From positions 193,059-257,058 of the forward strand of contig JBEKRQ010000002.1 of the NCBI GenBank assembly GCA_049517655.1: a DNA stretch of 64,000 nt. The letters run 5' to 3'. The position numbers and the translations under genes were made by a program. The stretch is from Verrucomicrobiota bacterium. GTDB taxonomy: Bacteria; Verrucomicrobiota; Verrucomicrobiia; Limisphaerales; UBA11358. The notes below the pieces were generated by a model that did not search any database, was not told the DNA's origin, and was given only the letters and a program-made list of their open reading frames with translations. Below are positions 28,101 to 35,792 of the stretch, piece after piece. Numbering within the stretch: position 1 is the stretch's first letter; each line of letters begins with the position of its first letter.

Positions 28101-28800
28101 ATTGCTGGCGCATGAAAAGGAACTGCTCGGTTTCTACGTCACCGGCCACCCACTCACGCCTTACGCGCCATTGCTGGAAAAATACGCGCTGACGAACACG
28201 GCGAAACTCGCGGAATTGCCGAATCGCAGCCTGACACGCATCGGCGGATTGATCGCGGTGGTTCAAAACGGTGTGGCGAAGAAAAGCGGCAAACCGTATT
28301 CGATTATCACACTCGAAGACCTCGAAGGCTCGGTCCAAGTGCTCTGCATGAATGAAAACTATGACAAATACCGTGAGTTGTTGAAGCCGAACAAGGCCAT
28401 TTTTGTCATTGGCGAAGCGAATACCAGCGATGAACGCCCGAAAATTTTCCCGCAGGAAATTCTGCCACTGGAGGATGCGCCAAAAAGATTCACCAAACAG
28501 GTTCATTTGCGTCTGCACACGGCGCATTTGCAACCGGAACAACTGGATTCCGTGCGCGAGCTTGTTGCGGCGCATCCCGGCAAATGTCCGCTGCTTCTCT
28601 GCTTCATGCGTCCGGGTGGTGAAGTGATTTTTATGGATACGAACGAACGTTTTAGCGTCACGCCGTCGTTGAAATTGCAGCAGGAAGCCGACGCGCATTT
28701 TGGCGAGGAGACTTACTACGCGAAAGTGGATACGAGTTCGCCTGAACGCACACCGCGCCGTTGGGAACGTAAAAATGGATACAACGGCGGCGGGGAATGA
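25111..28800 (+). CDS. dnaE: DNA polymerase III alpha subunit
   Basis: PHP domain FVHLHLHTEYSLLDGA, palm/fingers (YFLVVGDFI..., PDIDIDF, GLLKMDFLGLKTLT, YQEQVMQ, GYGFNKSHA) and an OB fold at the C-terminus. Contains an in-frame repeat at 26131-26213. Confidence 0.97.
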   Translation: MSHADFVHLHLHTEYSLLDGACRVDKLVEKAHELKFPALAITDHGVLYGAIDFYKAAREKGIKPIIGCEAYVAPGSRLEKKAAGGGRDVYHHLLLLARDATGYKNLIKLTTEAHLTGYYYKPRIDKELLAAHKDGLIVLSGCLASEIPEWIQKDQPDKARAAIDWFKQTLGADNFYLELQNHGIAEQAKVNRHLIQWAKEFGLKLVATNDVHYIEKSHSHAHDCLICIGTQMQLADTKRMRYEPEQFYLRSAEEMKARFADTPDAIKNTLEVAEKCNVEIQFGKLHYPVFTPPEHFTREGYLRKLVAEGLFRRYTIHAKAEGKEFLIEGIDDPKRLPTFDVGQASSLSQTSNGTAPKKEGDRQDACPTLDDPTVAAAIKAVLDRLKLELAVIEKTGFISYFLVVGDFIRYGHEHGIACVARGSAAGSIVTYLLEISNVDPIRYGLLFERFLNPERISPPDIDIDFADDRRADVIEYVREKYGRDSVAQIITFGTMGAKSVVRDVGRVMGLSYGDCDRLARMIPFDLKMTLEKALKQSPEFKEAYEAEEATRELVDTALILEDITRNASVHAAGVVIGDQPLVNLLPLKQDESGTLVTQYAMNPVGDLGLLKMDFLGLKTLTVIRNACEMVKRTHGIEVPIDNLPLDDAKTYDLLNRAETLGVFQLESGGMRDLCRKFQISSIEHITALVALYRPGPMELIPEFIRRRHGEVKIEYEHPLLEPITRETYGILIYQEQVMQAAQVLAGYTLGGADLLRRAMGKKKREEMAKQRAIFVKGCKEKNHIPEKKANEIFDLLEKFAGYGFNKSHAVAYAIVAYQTAYLKANYPVEFLCAMMTNDMADTAKLAQFINEAREFDIEVLQPDVNESQVYFAPARDGKAIRFGLAAIKGVGEVAVETILKARNEGGKFKSLSDLCERVDSRTVNRKILDALIKSGACDGFGQTRATLCAQIERTLGRAASITSDRQRGQSSLFGVLEEKAPQMPESISNLPEWPQHELLAHEKELLGFYVTGHPLTPYAPLLEKYALTNTAKLAELPNRSLTRIGGLIAVVQNGVAKKSGKPYSIITLEDLEGSVQVLCMNENYDKYRELLKPNKAIFVIGEANTSDERPKIFPQEILPLEDAPKRFTKQVHLRLHTAHLQPEQLDSVRELVAAHPGKCPLLLCFMRPGGEVIFMDTNERFSVTPSLKLQQEADAHFGEETYYAKVDTSSPERTPRRWERKNGYNGGGE
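26131..26213. repeat. REPIN-like double hairpin, GTGGCAC family, copy 3 (inside dnaE)
   Basis: GTGGGACAGGCTTCCAGCCTGTC-(37 nt)-GACAGGCAGGATGCCTGTCCCAC. Confidence 0.9.
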
Positions 28801-28802
28801 TC

Positions 28803-28879
28803 TGGCGCGTCCGGCAGGACTTGAACCTGCAACCATCTGATCCGAAGTCAGAAGCTCTATCCAATTGAGCTACGGACGC
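28803..28879 (-). tRNA. tRNA-Arg (anticodon UCG)
   Basis: Minus strand GCGTCCG-TA-GCTC-AATTGGATA-GAGC-T-TCTGA-CTTCGGA-TCAGA-TGGTT-GCAGG-TTCAAGT-CCTGC-CGGACGC-G-CCA folds as a cloverleaf by hand. The anticodon loop CT-TCG-GA gives TCG. CCA is encoded. Confidence 0.85.
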
Positions 28880-29044
28880 CTGCCGCCAGTGTGCCAATTC
28901 TTCGGCGGCAATAAAGAGGATTTAACCGGCGGAAGCACTTCACGCACTTCCGGGCATTCATCGGGAGAAGTTCTGTGCGCAGGGTCTGCGGAACGCCGCA
29001 TTGTGAACAACATTGTCGGCAGTTCGGCTCGTTTAAGCAGTCTG

Positions 29045-30526
29045 CTATTGCGGGGACCAGATGCGGAATTCGCCGCTGCAATGTAGCAGGGCCATCATAT
29101 ACAGCAAACCATTGTAGTAACGCCCGGCTCCATCCGGAATCGGCGTGTTCCACAGGGCCTCCACAAATTGTTTTGAACGCGGATTTGTTGCCGCGAGGCT
29201 GGCCACCGCGTTCATCGCCACCAACCCCTGCGCATGCAAGCTGTCAAGCTGGTGGCCATCGAGCGTGAATTGGCATCCATAGTGAGCCATCCCTTTGGAT
29301 TCGAAAAAAGCCTGCAACCGGTCACTCAATTCCCTTTCCCGGACATCCTTGCCCCACCATGACCAATCCACCGACCAATTCCCCGCAGTGCGAAACGCGT
29401 CGTATCTGAAATTGACTGCCCCTTTGTCCCAAACGTTAGTGGTCGGTATCGTCGGTGTTCCGTCAAAATTCGCATAGTCCGGAGCCAAACCTGTGACCGG
29501 ATGAGTTGCGCGCGGAAAAAAGTCCCGGCTGGCTGCAGCAGCCTCCATCCAGAAATCCCGGTCCGCCACCGGCCCCCATCGCGCCCACAATTCATAAAAC
29601 GCAGGCAGATGATACGAGGGATCGGTAAAAGGCGGACGTTCCAAGCTCGGCGAGAAGACGACCATTTTGTGTTTCGCATTAAAGAGCGGCCCGATGGTCA
29701 CGGTTGAATTCGTATTCCTCCGTGCGTTGGAAATGGTGCCCGTGATCGGCGCGCGATGCCTTTTGTGTTCCGTATTAAAGAGCGGCCCGGCGGTCACGGT
29801 TGAATTCGTATTCCTCCGTGCGTCGAAAATGGTGCCCGTGATCGGCGCGCGATGCCTCATGTTGGTCAGCAACCGGTCGGCTTCGGCCTTGTAATTGTAA
29901 ATTCCACTGCCGCTGCCCCACCGGTTCGCAGCAAAGTAAAGTGCTGTGACATAATATTCCTCGCCATCCGGCGCCACATATTCGCTCATGCACACGCCGT
30001 TTGGCCGCGCCTCCCAGGAAAAAAATCCGAAGGACGGATGCGCCGGGTTATCGTGATACAGGTATGTTTTTGACCAGTTCCAGATCGCGTCGAACTCGGC
30101 CTTCTTGTTCAACTGCACCGCAATCATCATGCCGTAGGACATGCCTTCTGTGCGCACGTCGTTATTGGCGATATCAGTGACATAGGCAAGCGGACCGTTT
30201 GCGTTCGCTCCTGCAGGGTAATAAACCGTCTGCGTGGCTGGATTCCCGTGGAATAACTGCTCGAAGGCGCCATTGATTTTCGCGGTCACCTGCTGCGGCG
30301 AGTGGCCGGTCTCGACAAAAAGGTCCCGGTAATAGCCGGTGGCGAAAGCGCCTGAACCGTTGACATCGCTTCCGGCAAGGCTGTCCCTGCCGAATGCCGG
30401 GGTGTGCGGAAAAACTCTTGCCCCTTCCTGGTTCGGCGTGTCTTGTTGCTGTCCGGCTAAAGAAACGCAGCCAACAAGCACGAGAAAGAGCGGGACGACG
30501 GTTTTCACGGCGAGTGTTTGCTTCAT
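29045..30526 (-). CDS. glycoside hydrolase family 8, Rex-like (reducing-end xylose-releasing exo-oligoxylanase type), lipoprotein
   Basis: DVRTEGMSYGMMIAVQ, APDGEEYYVTALYFAANRWG, DPSYHLPAFYELW and the C-terminal YYNGLLYMMALLHCSGEFRIW closely follow my memory of Bacillus halodurans Rex8A. Start set at MKQTLAVKTVVPLFLVLVGC (lipobox). Contains a 2 x 32 aa tandem duplication. Confidence 0.82.
   Translation of the reverse strand: MKQTLAVKTVVPLFLVLVGCVSLAGQQQDTPNQEGARVFPHTPAFGRDSLAGSDVNGSGAFATGYYRDLFVETGHSPQQVTAKINGAFEQLFHGNPATQTVYYPAGANANGPLAYVTDIANNDVRTEGMSYGMMIAVQLNKKAEFDAIWNWSKTYLYHDNPAHPSFGFFSWEARPNGVCMSEYVAPDGEEYYVTALYFAANRWGSGSGIYNYKAEADRLLTNMRHRAPITGTIFDARRNTNSTVTAGPLFNTEHKRHRAPITGTISNARRNTNSTVTIGPLFNAKHKMVVFSPSLERPPFTDPSYHLPAFYELWARWGPVADRDFWMEAAAASRDFFPRATHPVTGLAPDYANFDGTPTIPTTNVWDKGAVNFRYDAFRTAGNWSVDWSWWGKDVRERELSDRLQAFFESKGMAHYGCQFTLDGHQLDSLHAQGLVAMNAVASLAATNPRSKQFVEALWNTPIPDGAGRYYNGLLYMMALLHCSGEFRIWSPQ
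29663..29854. repeat. 2 x 96 bp in-frame tandem duplication inside the GH8 gene
   Basis: 29663-29758 and 29759-29854 are near-identical. They encode HRAPITGTISNARRNTNSTVTIGPLFNAKHKM and HRAPITGTIFDARRNTNSTVTAGPLFNTEHKR. Confidence 0.95.
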
Positions 30527-30575
30527 GATTCGACTCCGTTGTGTTTTCTGTATTACTCCGTTGCTCAATTTTTGG

Positions 30576-32102
30576 CTACATCCAAATCTGCCGATCCAAT
30601 GAACGGTATTGAATCGCTTCCGAAATGTGGTCGCCCAGAATTTTTTCCGAACCGGCCAAATCCGCAATCGTCCGTGCCACTTTCAGAATCCGGTCGTAAG
30701 CGCGGGCGCTTAAATTCAACTCCGCCATCGCCATCTTCAGCAATTCCTTTGTCGCGTCGTCCAACGCACAGAATGTCTTGAGTTCCCTGGGTCCCATGAG
30801 GGCGTTGCAGGTGATTTTCCGCTTGTGCGCGAAACGCGCCTGCTGGCGCTTGCGCGCGGCCACGACACGCTCGCGGATTTGCGCGGATGTTTCGCCGGTG
30901 CGGTCGCCGGCGATTTCGCGAAACTTCACCTGCGGCACTTCCACGTGCAAATCTATGCGGTCAAGCAGCGGCCCGGAAATCCGGCCCAGATAATTTTGGA
31001 TTTCGCGCGGAGAACTTTTTGATTCGCCCGGCATTTTGCCGTCCGGCGTCGGGTTCATCGCTGCCACCAGCATGAATTGCGATGGAAAGGTCATCGTGCC
31101 CGCAGCGCGCGAAATCGTCACGCGGCCTTCCTCCAGCGGCTGGCGCATCGTTTCCAACACGCTGCGTTTGAACTCCGGCAGTTCGTCCAGAAACAAAACA
31201 CCGTTGTGCGCCAGCGAAATTTCGCCCGGCGTGGGATTGACGTTGCCGCCGAGCAATCCAGCGTCGCTCGCCGTGTGATGCGGCGTGCGAAACGGCCGGC
31301 GCGTCACCAGCGCCTGCCCCGGCGCAAGCAAGCCGACGATGCTGTGAATCTTCGTCGTTTCCAGCGCCTCGTCCAGGGTGAGCGGTGGCAGGATCGTCGG
31401 CAGCCGCTTGGCCAGCATGGATTTGCCGGTGCCGGGCGGGCCGATGAGCAGCGCGTTGTGTCCGCCGGCGGCAGCGATTTCGAGCGCGCGTTTCACGTTT
31501 TCCTGGCCCTTGACTTCGGCGAAATCCAGGTCGTCGTCGTGCGCTTGATCGAAAATTTTGGCGATGTCCACCTTCGCAGGCGCGATTTTAATTTCGCCTT
31601 CGAGAAAACCCGCCGCCTCACGAAGGTTTTGAATCGGAATGACTTGCAACCCTTCGACGACCGCGGCTTCGGCGGCATTTTCGGCGGGAACGAGCACGCC
31701 GATTTTGCCTTCGGCCTTTGCGCGCAACGCGACTGGCAAAACGCCCTTGCACGAACGCACTGCGCCGGTCAGCGCGAGTTCGCCCACGACGATGAAATTA
31801 TCTAGCTGATCCGTTTCGATTTGTTCGCTGGCCGCCAGCATTCCGACAGCGATGGGCAGGTCGAAGCTCGGCCCTTCCTTTTTCACGTCGGCAGGCGCGA
31901 GATTGATGGTGGTGCGCCCCATCGGGAATTTGAAGCCGGAATTGGTGAGCGCGGTCGAAACGCGGTCGCGCGATTCCTTCACTGCGGCGTCCGGCAGGCC
32001 GACGATGACGACAAGGGTGTCGCCGTAACCGGCGTTGACCTCGACTTCAACCGGATACGCTTCAATGCCATTGAGCGCGGCGGAACAAACCCTGGCTAAC
32101 AT
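30576..32102 (-). CDS. comM: YifB/ComM Mg-chelatase-like AAA+ ATPase
   Basis: N-terminal Lon-protease-like domain ([16 protein letters not shown]), Walker [23 protein letters not shown], then a ChlI-type C-terminus. Start at ATG 32102. Confidence 0.9.
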   Translation of the reverse strand: MLARVCSAALNGIEAYPVEVEVNAGYGDTLVVIVGLPDAAVKESRDRVSTALTNSGFKFPMGRTTINLAPADVKKEGPSFDLPIAVGMLAASEQIETDQLDNFIVVGELALTGAVRSCKGVLPVALRAKAEGKIGVLVPAENAAEAAVVEGLQVIPIQNLREAAGFLEGEIKIAPAKVDIAKIFDQAHDDDLDFAEVKGQENVKRALEIAAAGGHNALLIGPPGTGKSMLAKRLPTILPPLTLDEALETTKIHSIVGLLAPGQALVTRRPFRTPHHTASDAGLLGGNVNPTPGEISLAHNGVLFLDELPEFKRSVLETMRQPLEEGRVTISRAAGTMTFPSQFMLVAAMNPTPDGKMPGESKSSPREIQNYLGRISGPLLDRIDLHVEVPQVKFREIAGDRTGETSAQIRERVVAARKRQQARFAHKRKITCNALMGPRELKTFCALDDATKELLKMAMAELNLSARAYDRILKVARTIADLAGSEKILGDHISEAIQYRSLDRQIWM

Positions 32103-32199
32103 GCAAAAGTTATGGTCGAACCGGGGCGGGACTTCAATCCAGTTTTTTGAACGCAAAAATCTTTTACGCTAATTCCGCGAATTGGCGCGAATTTGAATG

Positions 32200-32334
32200 G
32201 GGAGCGCGCCCGCCCCCGGGCGCTGTTTTCCGCGCCCCCGCGGAAAATTTGTCCGTTTTAATTCAATCAGCGGTTACTGTCCGAATTGCTGGACGCGAGG
32301 CGCGTCCAGCCACGCCAGAGGCGGGCGTGCTCCC
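32200..32334. repeat. GC-rich multi-hairpin palindromic element with terminal inverted repeats
   Basis: Termini GGGAGCGCGCCCGCC ... GGCGGGCGTGCTCCC are inverted with 1 mismatch. Internal hairpins: GCGCCCG/CGGGCGC, TTTTCCGCG/CGCGGAAAA, CTGGACGCG/CGCGTCCAG. Confidence 0.85.
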
Positions 32335-32369
32335 AATCTATTTTCTGCCTTTTTGCGGCTATTCTCCCC

Positions 32370-32445
32370 GAAATTGGACTTTGTTTTTTCGGCAAAAGTC
32401 ATTAAATGACAAAGTGAGTTCGGCTGAATAATGCTGTTCGGCAGA
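32370..32445 (+). promoter_or_regulatory. copy 1 of a duplicated ~75-bp 5' module (promoter-like plus palindromic operator GTCATTAAATGAC)
   Basis: About 85% identical by eye to 33048-33121. Contains the palindrome GTCATT-A-AATGAC (32398-32410) overlapping ATGACA (-35-like), with AATAAT (-10-like) about 17 nt downstream. Ends at the AAGGAG RBS of the DUF3795 gene. Confidence 0.5.
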
Positions 32446-32452
32446 AGGAGAC

Positions 32453-32788
32453 ATGATGATTGGCTACTGTGGACTGGACTGTGAGCAATGCGAGGCCTTC
32501 ATTGCCACACAGAACAACGACGACGCCCTCCGCATCAAAGTCGCTGGGGAATGGGCAAGATTATACAATGCCCCCATCAAACCCGAACACATCAACTGCA
32601 CAGGATGTCAATCGGCGGGCGTGAAGACATACTACTGCGATCAGCTGTGCGAGATCAGGAAATGCGCGACAAAGAAATCCGTTGGCACATGCGCGGACTG
32701 TTCTGATTACCCCTGTTCGGTGCTGAACGAAATGTTCCGGGCGGCTCCACAAGCAAAAACAAGGCTTGATGCGCTGAGGAAGAAATAG
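32453..32788 (+). CDS. DUF3795-family Cys-rich protein
   Basis: MMIGYCGLDCEQCEAFIA...INCTGCQS...YYCDQLCEIRKCATKKSVGTCADCSDYPC is the DUF3795 cysteine pattern as I remember it. AAGGAG lies 3 nt upstream of the ATG. Confidence 0.7.
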   Translation: MMIGYCGLDCEQCEAFIATQNNDDALRIKVAGEWARLYNAPIKPEHINCTGCQSAGVKTYYCDQLCEIRKCATKKSVGTCADCSDYPCSVLNEMFRAAPQAKTRLDALRKK

Positions 32789-32864
32789 AATGCCGAACAA
32801 GGCGTTCTGCCGAACTCCGACATGCGCCGCGAGCGGGCATACCGCTGACATATTTTCTTACGTT

Positions 32865-32940
32865 GGTAGGGACGCGCGGCCCGCGCGTCCGGCGGAAGTT
32901 CCGCCTCCCAACCCGGTCGCCTCGGCGAGGTGACTCTACC
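32865..32940. repeat. GC-rich multi-hairpin element with GGTAG...CTACC termini
   Basis: GGTAGGGACGCGCGG-C-CCGCGCGTCC, GGCGGAA-G-TTCCGCC, GTCGCC..GGCGAG, ending in TCTACC. Confidence 0.8.
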
Positions 32941-32980
32941 TTTGTTTTTGTAGCGGCGCTCTATGAGCGCCGGTGAAATC

Positions 32981-33039
32981 GGTAGGGCGGCGCTACTGCG
33001 CCGCCGGGGATGATGGCCGCGCAGCAGCGCGGTCCTACC
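32981..33039. repeat. REPIN-like double hairpin with GGTAGG/CCTACC termini
   Basis: GGTAGG-GCGGCGC-TACT-GCGCCGC-CGGGGATGAT-GGCCGCGC-AGCA-GCGCGGTC-CTACC. Confidence 0.85.
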
Positions 33040-33047
33040 ATCGCAGT

Positions 33048-33121
33048 GAAATTGGACTTTGTCTTTCTCCATAAAAGTCATTAAATGACAATGTGAGTTT
33101 GCCTGAATAATACTGTTCTGC
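33048..33121 (+). promoter_or_regulatory. copy 2 of the duplicated 5' module with palindrome GTCATTAAATGAC
   Basis: Aligns with 32370-32445. The palindrome is at 33077-33089. Ends 2 nt before the ATG of the 33124 gene. Confidence 0.5.
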
Positions 33122-33123
33122 AA

Positions 33124-34296
33124 ATGAACCATAGACGCATGACATACATCGCCGGTGCAGCGATTATTCTCTGGCCAGTATCGGTACTCGCAGACGCTGG
33201 TACCCCCTTGGTATGGGGCAGCACATTTCATTTGTTTCTTGGAAATGCAATCATCGGACTGTTCGAAGGATGGCTGCTAGCGCGTTTCTTCGGGTTGAGT
33301 AAACGGCGATGTATCGGCTTTCTTATCCCGGCCAATTACCTCTCGGCGTGGATTGGATTCATGCTGATGTCCTTTCTCTTTGACAGATTTGCGACGGACA
33401 TTTACTCCGGTCTGCGCGTCACGTGGCTGCTGATTGCTGCAACGTATTTACTGACATTGATCGTTGAATGGCCGTTTGTTGCGTTGTGCTTCCGAGGAAC
33501 ACAACACTGGTTCATGGGCAGTATCAAAGGGTCGGTTCTGATTCAGTCAGCCTCTTATGTATTGCTCTTCGGCGGATATTGGTTGCTGAGTGGCACGTCG
33601 CTCTACACCAACATGAATGTTGTTTTACCTGGCCAAATTTCTGCGCCACGCGGGGTGGTAATGTTCTTCATTTCATGCTCGGATGGCGATGTTTACCGCT
33701 CGGAGCTGGGAAGTTTTACTGACGCCAAGGTTGCGGAGCTGGATTCGACGAATCACTGGGAGGATCACCTTGAACTCAAGGAATCCCAGGTTGACAGCAA
33801 CTATTGGGATTTGGCAGCAGTCCTTGAGAGGCGGCAGACCGTGGTGCTGCTTCCGCATATCTCATCGATACGCCAGATCGCACCCGATCAAGCATATCGC
33901 ACGAGCCAATACGGTGGTTGGGGTATAGCCCCGTTTCAGGTGGGTGTCGCTACGAACAGTAATTGGAGATTCGGATGGGCGAACTGGCCTGACGTTGGAA
34001 TGTGGGGACGTAATGGACCGCGCACAGTTCGGATAGCGTATGGTATCCCCTTCGGCGGCTGGTCACCATGCCGGGTGATTCATCTGCCTGACGACAAGGT
34101 GCTGTTACAACTTGGCGACCACCAGATCTGTCTCGTCGATATTTCAGACAGGAAGATTGCACTGATCAGAAATGGGTATGGGGTGCTCGCCTTCCAAAAG
34201 GATCAAATCAGCGAAACAAGCAGTCCGGCGAACGGAAGCCAGCCGATTCGCTCAGAGACAAATCGAACGTCATCGGCGGCTGGCTCCCGTCGCTGA
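33124..34296 (+). CDS. membrane protein of unknown function (N-terminal multi-TM domain plus C-terminal soluble domain)
   Basis: 390 aa with about 5-6 hydrophobic helices in the first 170 aa, then a Trp/Gly-rich soluble part. No motif I recognise. Confidence 0.5.
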   Translation: MNHRRMTYIAGAAIILWPVSVLADAGTPLVWGSTFHLFLGNAIIGLFEGWLLARFFGLSKRRCIGFLIPANYLSAWIGFMLMSFLFDRFATDIYSGLRVTWLLIAATYLLTLIVEWPFVALCFRGTQHWFMGSIKGSVLIQSASYVLLFGGYWLLSGTSLYTNMNVVLPGQISAPRGVVMFFISCSDGDVYRSELGSFTDAKVAELDSTNHWEDHLELKESQVDSNYWDLAAVLERRQTVVLLPHISSIRQIAPDQAYRTSQYGGWGIAPFQVGVATNSNWRFGWANWPDVGMWGRNGPRTVRIAYGIPFGGWSPCRVIHLPDDKVLLQLGDHQICLVDISDRKIALIRNGYGVLAFQKDQISETSSPANGSQPIRSETNRTSSAAGSRR

Positions 34297-34316
34297 CCTT
34301 AGTGTTGGATAAGAAT

Positions 34317-34640
34317 ATGAAATGCCCTAAATGTTCTGCCGATTTTCCTCTGACGTGGCGACTTTACCTCAAAGCACCGTTCGGCAAATTTCCGTACCCT
34401 TGCTGCAAGACAGCATTGGCAGGAAAACATCGTTGGTGGTATTGGCCCTTAATGGCGCTTGGGTGTTGCGCCTTTGGAGTTCCTTTTGCGTATATCGCCG
34501 GTACTCGCTTTGGATGGCAGGTTGGGCTCGTGGCTTGGGTTATCGGTTGCTTGTTGTCTGGTATGCCTTTCGACAAGTATCTCGAGAACAGGTTTGCAAT
34601 TCTTACTGTCCGACAAGATCGATCCAGCAAATCCCAATAA
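34317..34640 (+). CDS. zinc-ribbon membrane protein of unknown function
   Basis: MKCPKCSADFPL...YPCCKT (CxxC...CC), then two hydrophobic helices. Lies 20 nt after the previous stop. The track start 34302 is GTG; the first ATG is 34317. Confidence 0.45.
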   Translation: MKCPKCSADFPLTWRLYLKAPFGKFPYPCCKTALAGKHRWWYWPLMALGCCAFGVPFAYIAGTRFGWQVGLVAWVIGCLLSGMPFDKYLENRFAILTVRQDRSSKSQ

Positions 34641-34657
34641 AAGGCACCGGGGGTAAG

Positions 34658-35695
34658 TTATTTCTTCGCCGCTAGCAACTCGTTCACTTTTCCCATCACA
34701 GCAAATGCGTCGGCCACATAGAGCACGTCGGCTTTGCCGCGCGCCCAGCCGCAGTTCGGGTCGAGGTTGATGGCGCGGCGCTCACCAATGAATCGCCAGC
34801 CCACCGTGTGCGGTTCTTCACCATGACAACAGGTGGACAGCCCCTTCGGATGACGCGGCGTCGCGCCGGTCTGGCCGACTTGATTAAGATGCGACATGAA
34901 TGAAAGCACCGCCTGGCCTTCGCCGCTTTGGTCCACCAGCGATTTGCTGCTGCCAAGCGATGCGCGGGCGGCCTGGAGAAAACCGCGAATGAGTTTCTCC
35001 GCCTCCGGCACATGCGTCTGGCCGTCGGCTTGTTTCTTCGTCCAACCCGCGCCGGTAACGAACAGCAATTGTGCATCGGGCCGGATGGTCTGCGCATCCG
35101 CCGCCAGCGCGCGGATTCCGACCACCGTGGTGCGTTTGCAAGTGTCGGGCAGGTTGACGGCAACTACTTCAACTTTGGCCGTGCCCGCGCCGCACTGGCA
35201 TGGTGCTTGGCTGCCGGGATCAACGAGTATGAACCACGGGCGTTGCGCGCGGGTGAGCGTGGCTTCCATGCGCTGGCGGTAATACCAGCGGTTCACGGTG
35301 ATTTTGCCGCCGTCCGCCGACACGCCGGTGACGTGTGTCTCGGCGCGTCCGCCGATGCGTTGCGCCACCCCGGGCAGCGAGCGGGTCCATTGCGAAGTCG
35401 CCGGAGCCACAACCAATGTGGCTTGGGCCGCTTTGCAAATCGCTTCAGCAGCCGCCGCGTCGGTGGCGTATCGCGACTGGCCAAAATCCTTGCCGGTAAC
35501 GCCGAAATATTTTACAGCCGGGCATGCGGCGATTGAATTCGCCGCCGCTTGAACGTCTTCGCCGACAAGGCCCACGACGAGTTTTGAACCCGCGAGCGCT
35601 TTGTTAAGAGTTGCCGCCACGCGCAACGCTTCGCGGGCGGACTTGGCTAGTGAGCCGTCGGTCTCCGTATGAGCAAGAAGAAGAATGGTTTCCAT
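34658..35695 (-). CDS. electron transfer flavoprotein alpha-subunit-like protein (divergent FixB/EtfA)
   Basis: N-terminal ETF domain (ILLLAHTETDGSLAKSAREALRVA...) and C-terminal ...RAINLDPNCGWARGKADVLYVADAFAVMGKVNELL resembling AIN.D...AD.g.VgD. The canonical GISGAIQH stretch is replaced by STCCHGEEPH. Confidence 0.7.
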   Translation of the reverse strand: METILLLAHTETDGSLAKSAREALRVAATLNKALAGSKLVVGLVGEDVQAAANSIAACPAVKYFGVTGKDFGQSRYATDAAAAEAICKAAQATLVVAPATSQWTRSLPGVAQRIGGRAETHVTGVSADGGKITVNRWYYRQRMEATLTRAQRPWFILVDPGSQAPCQCGAGTAKVEVVAVNLPDTCKRTTVVGIRALAADAQTIRPDAQLLFVTGAGWTKKQADGQTHVPEAEKLIRGFLQAARASLGSSKSLVDQSGEGQAVLSFMSHLNQVGQTGATPRHPKGLSTCCHGEEPHTVGWRFIGERRAINLDPNCGWARGKADVLYVADAFAVMGKVNELLAAKK

Positions 35696-35707
35696 AAATT
35701 TATTTAT

Positions 35708-35787
35708 TGGGAGGGACGCCGTGTCGGCGTCCCTTATATTTGGGACGGCAACCCGGGCTACGCCGAGGCGAGCATGCCGTCCCTCCC
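35708..35787. repeat. GGGAGGGACG-family double hairpin (copy 3) in the etfB-etfA-like spacer
   Basis: TGGGAGGGACGCCGTGTCGGCGTCCC ... GGGACGGCA...TGCCGTCCCTCCC. The termini are inverted repeats. It occupies most of the 97-bp spacer. Confidence 0.85.
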
Positions 35788-35792
35788 GGTTT

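Noticed and set aside
27529-28836. 435-aa minus-strand ORF
   Set aside because: It is antisense to dnaE and also runs across the tRNA-Arg gene. It has no motif support.
28803-28880. tRNA-His (extra 5' G) or a tRNA-linked integration hotspot
   Set aside because: The anticodon loop reads CT-TCG-GA, which gives Arg. The extra G pairs with nothing required. No integrase, att-like direct repeat or foreign-looking DNA follows the tRNA: the next gene is a chromosomal-looking GH8.
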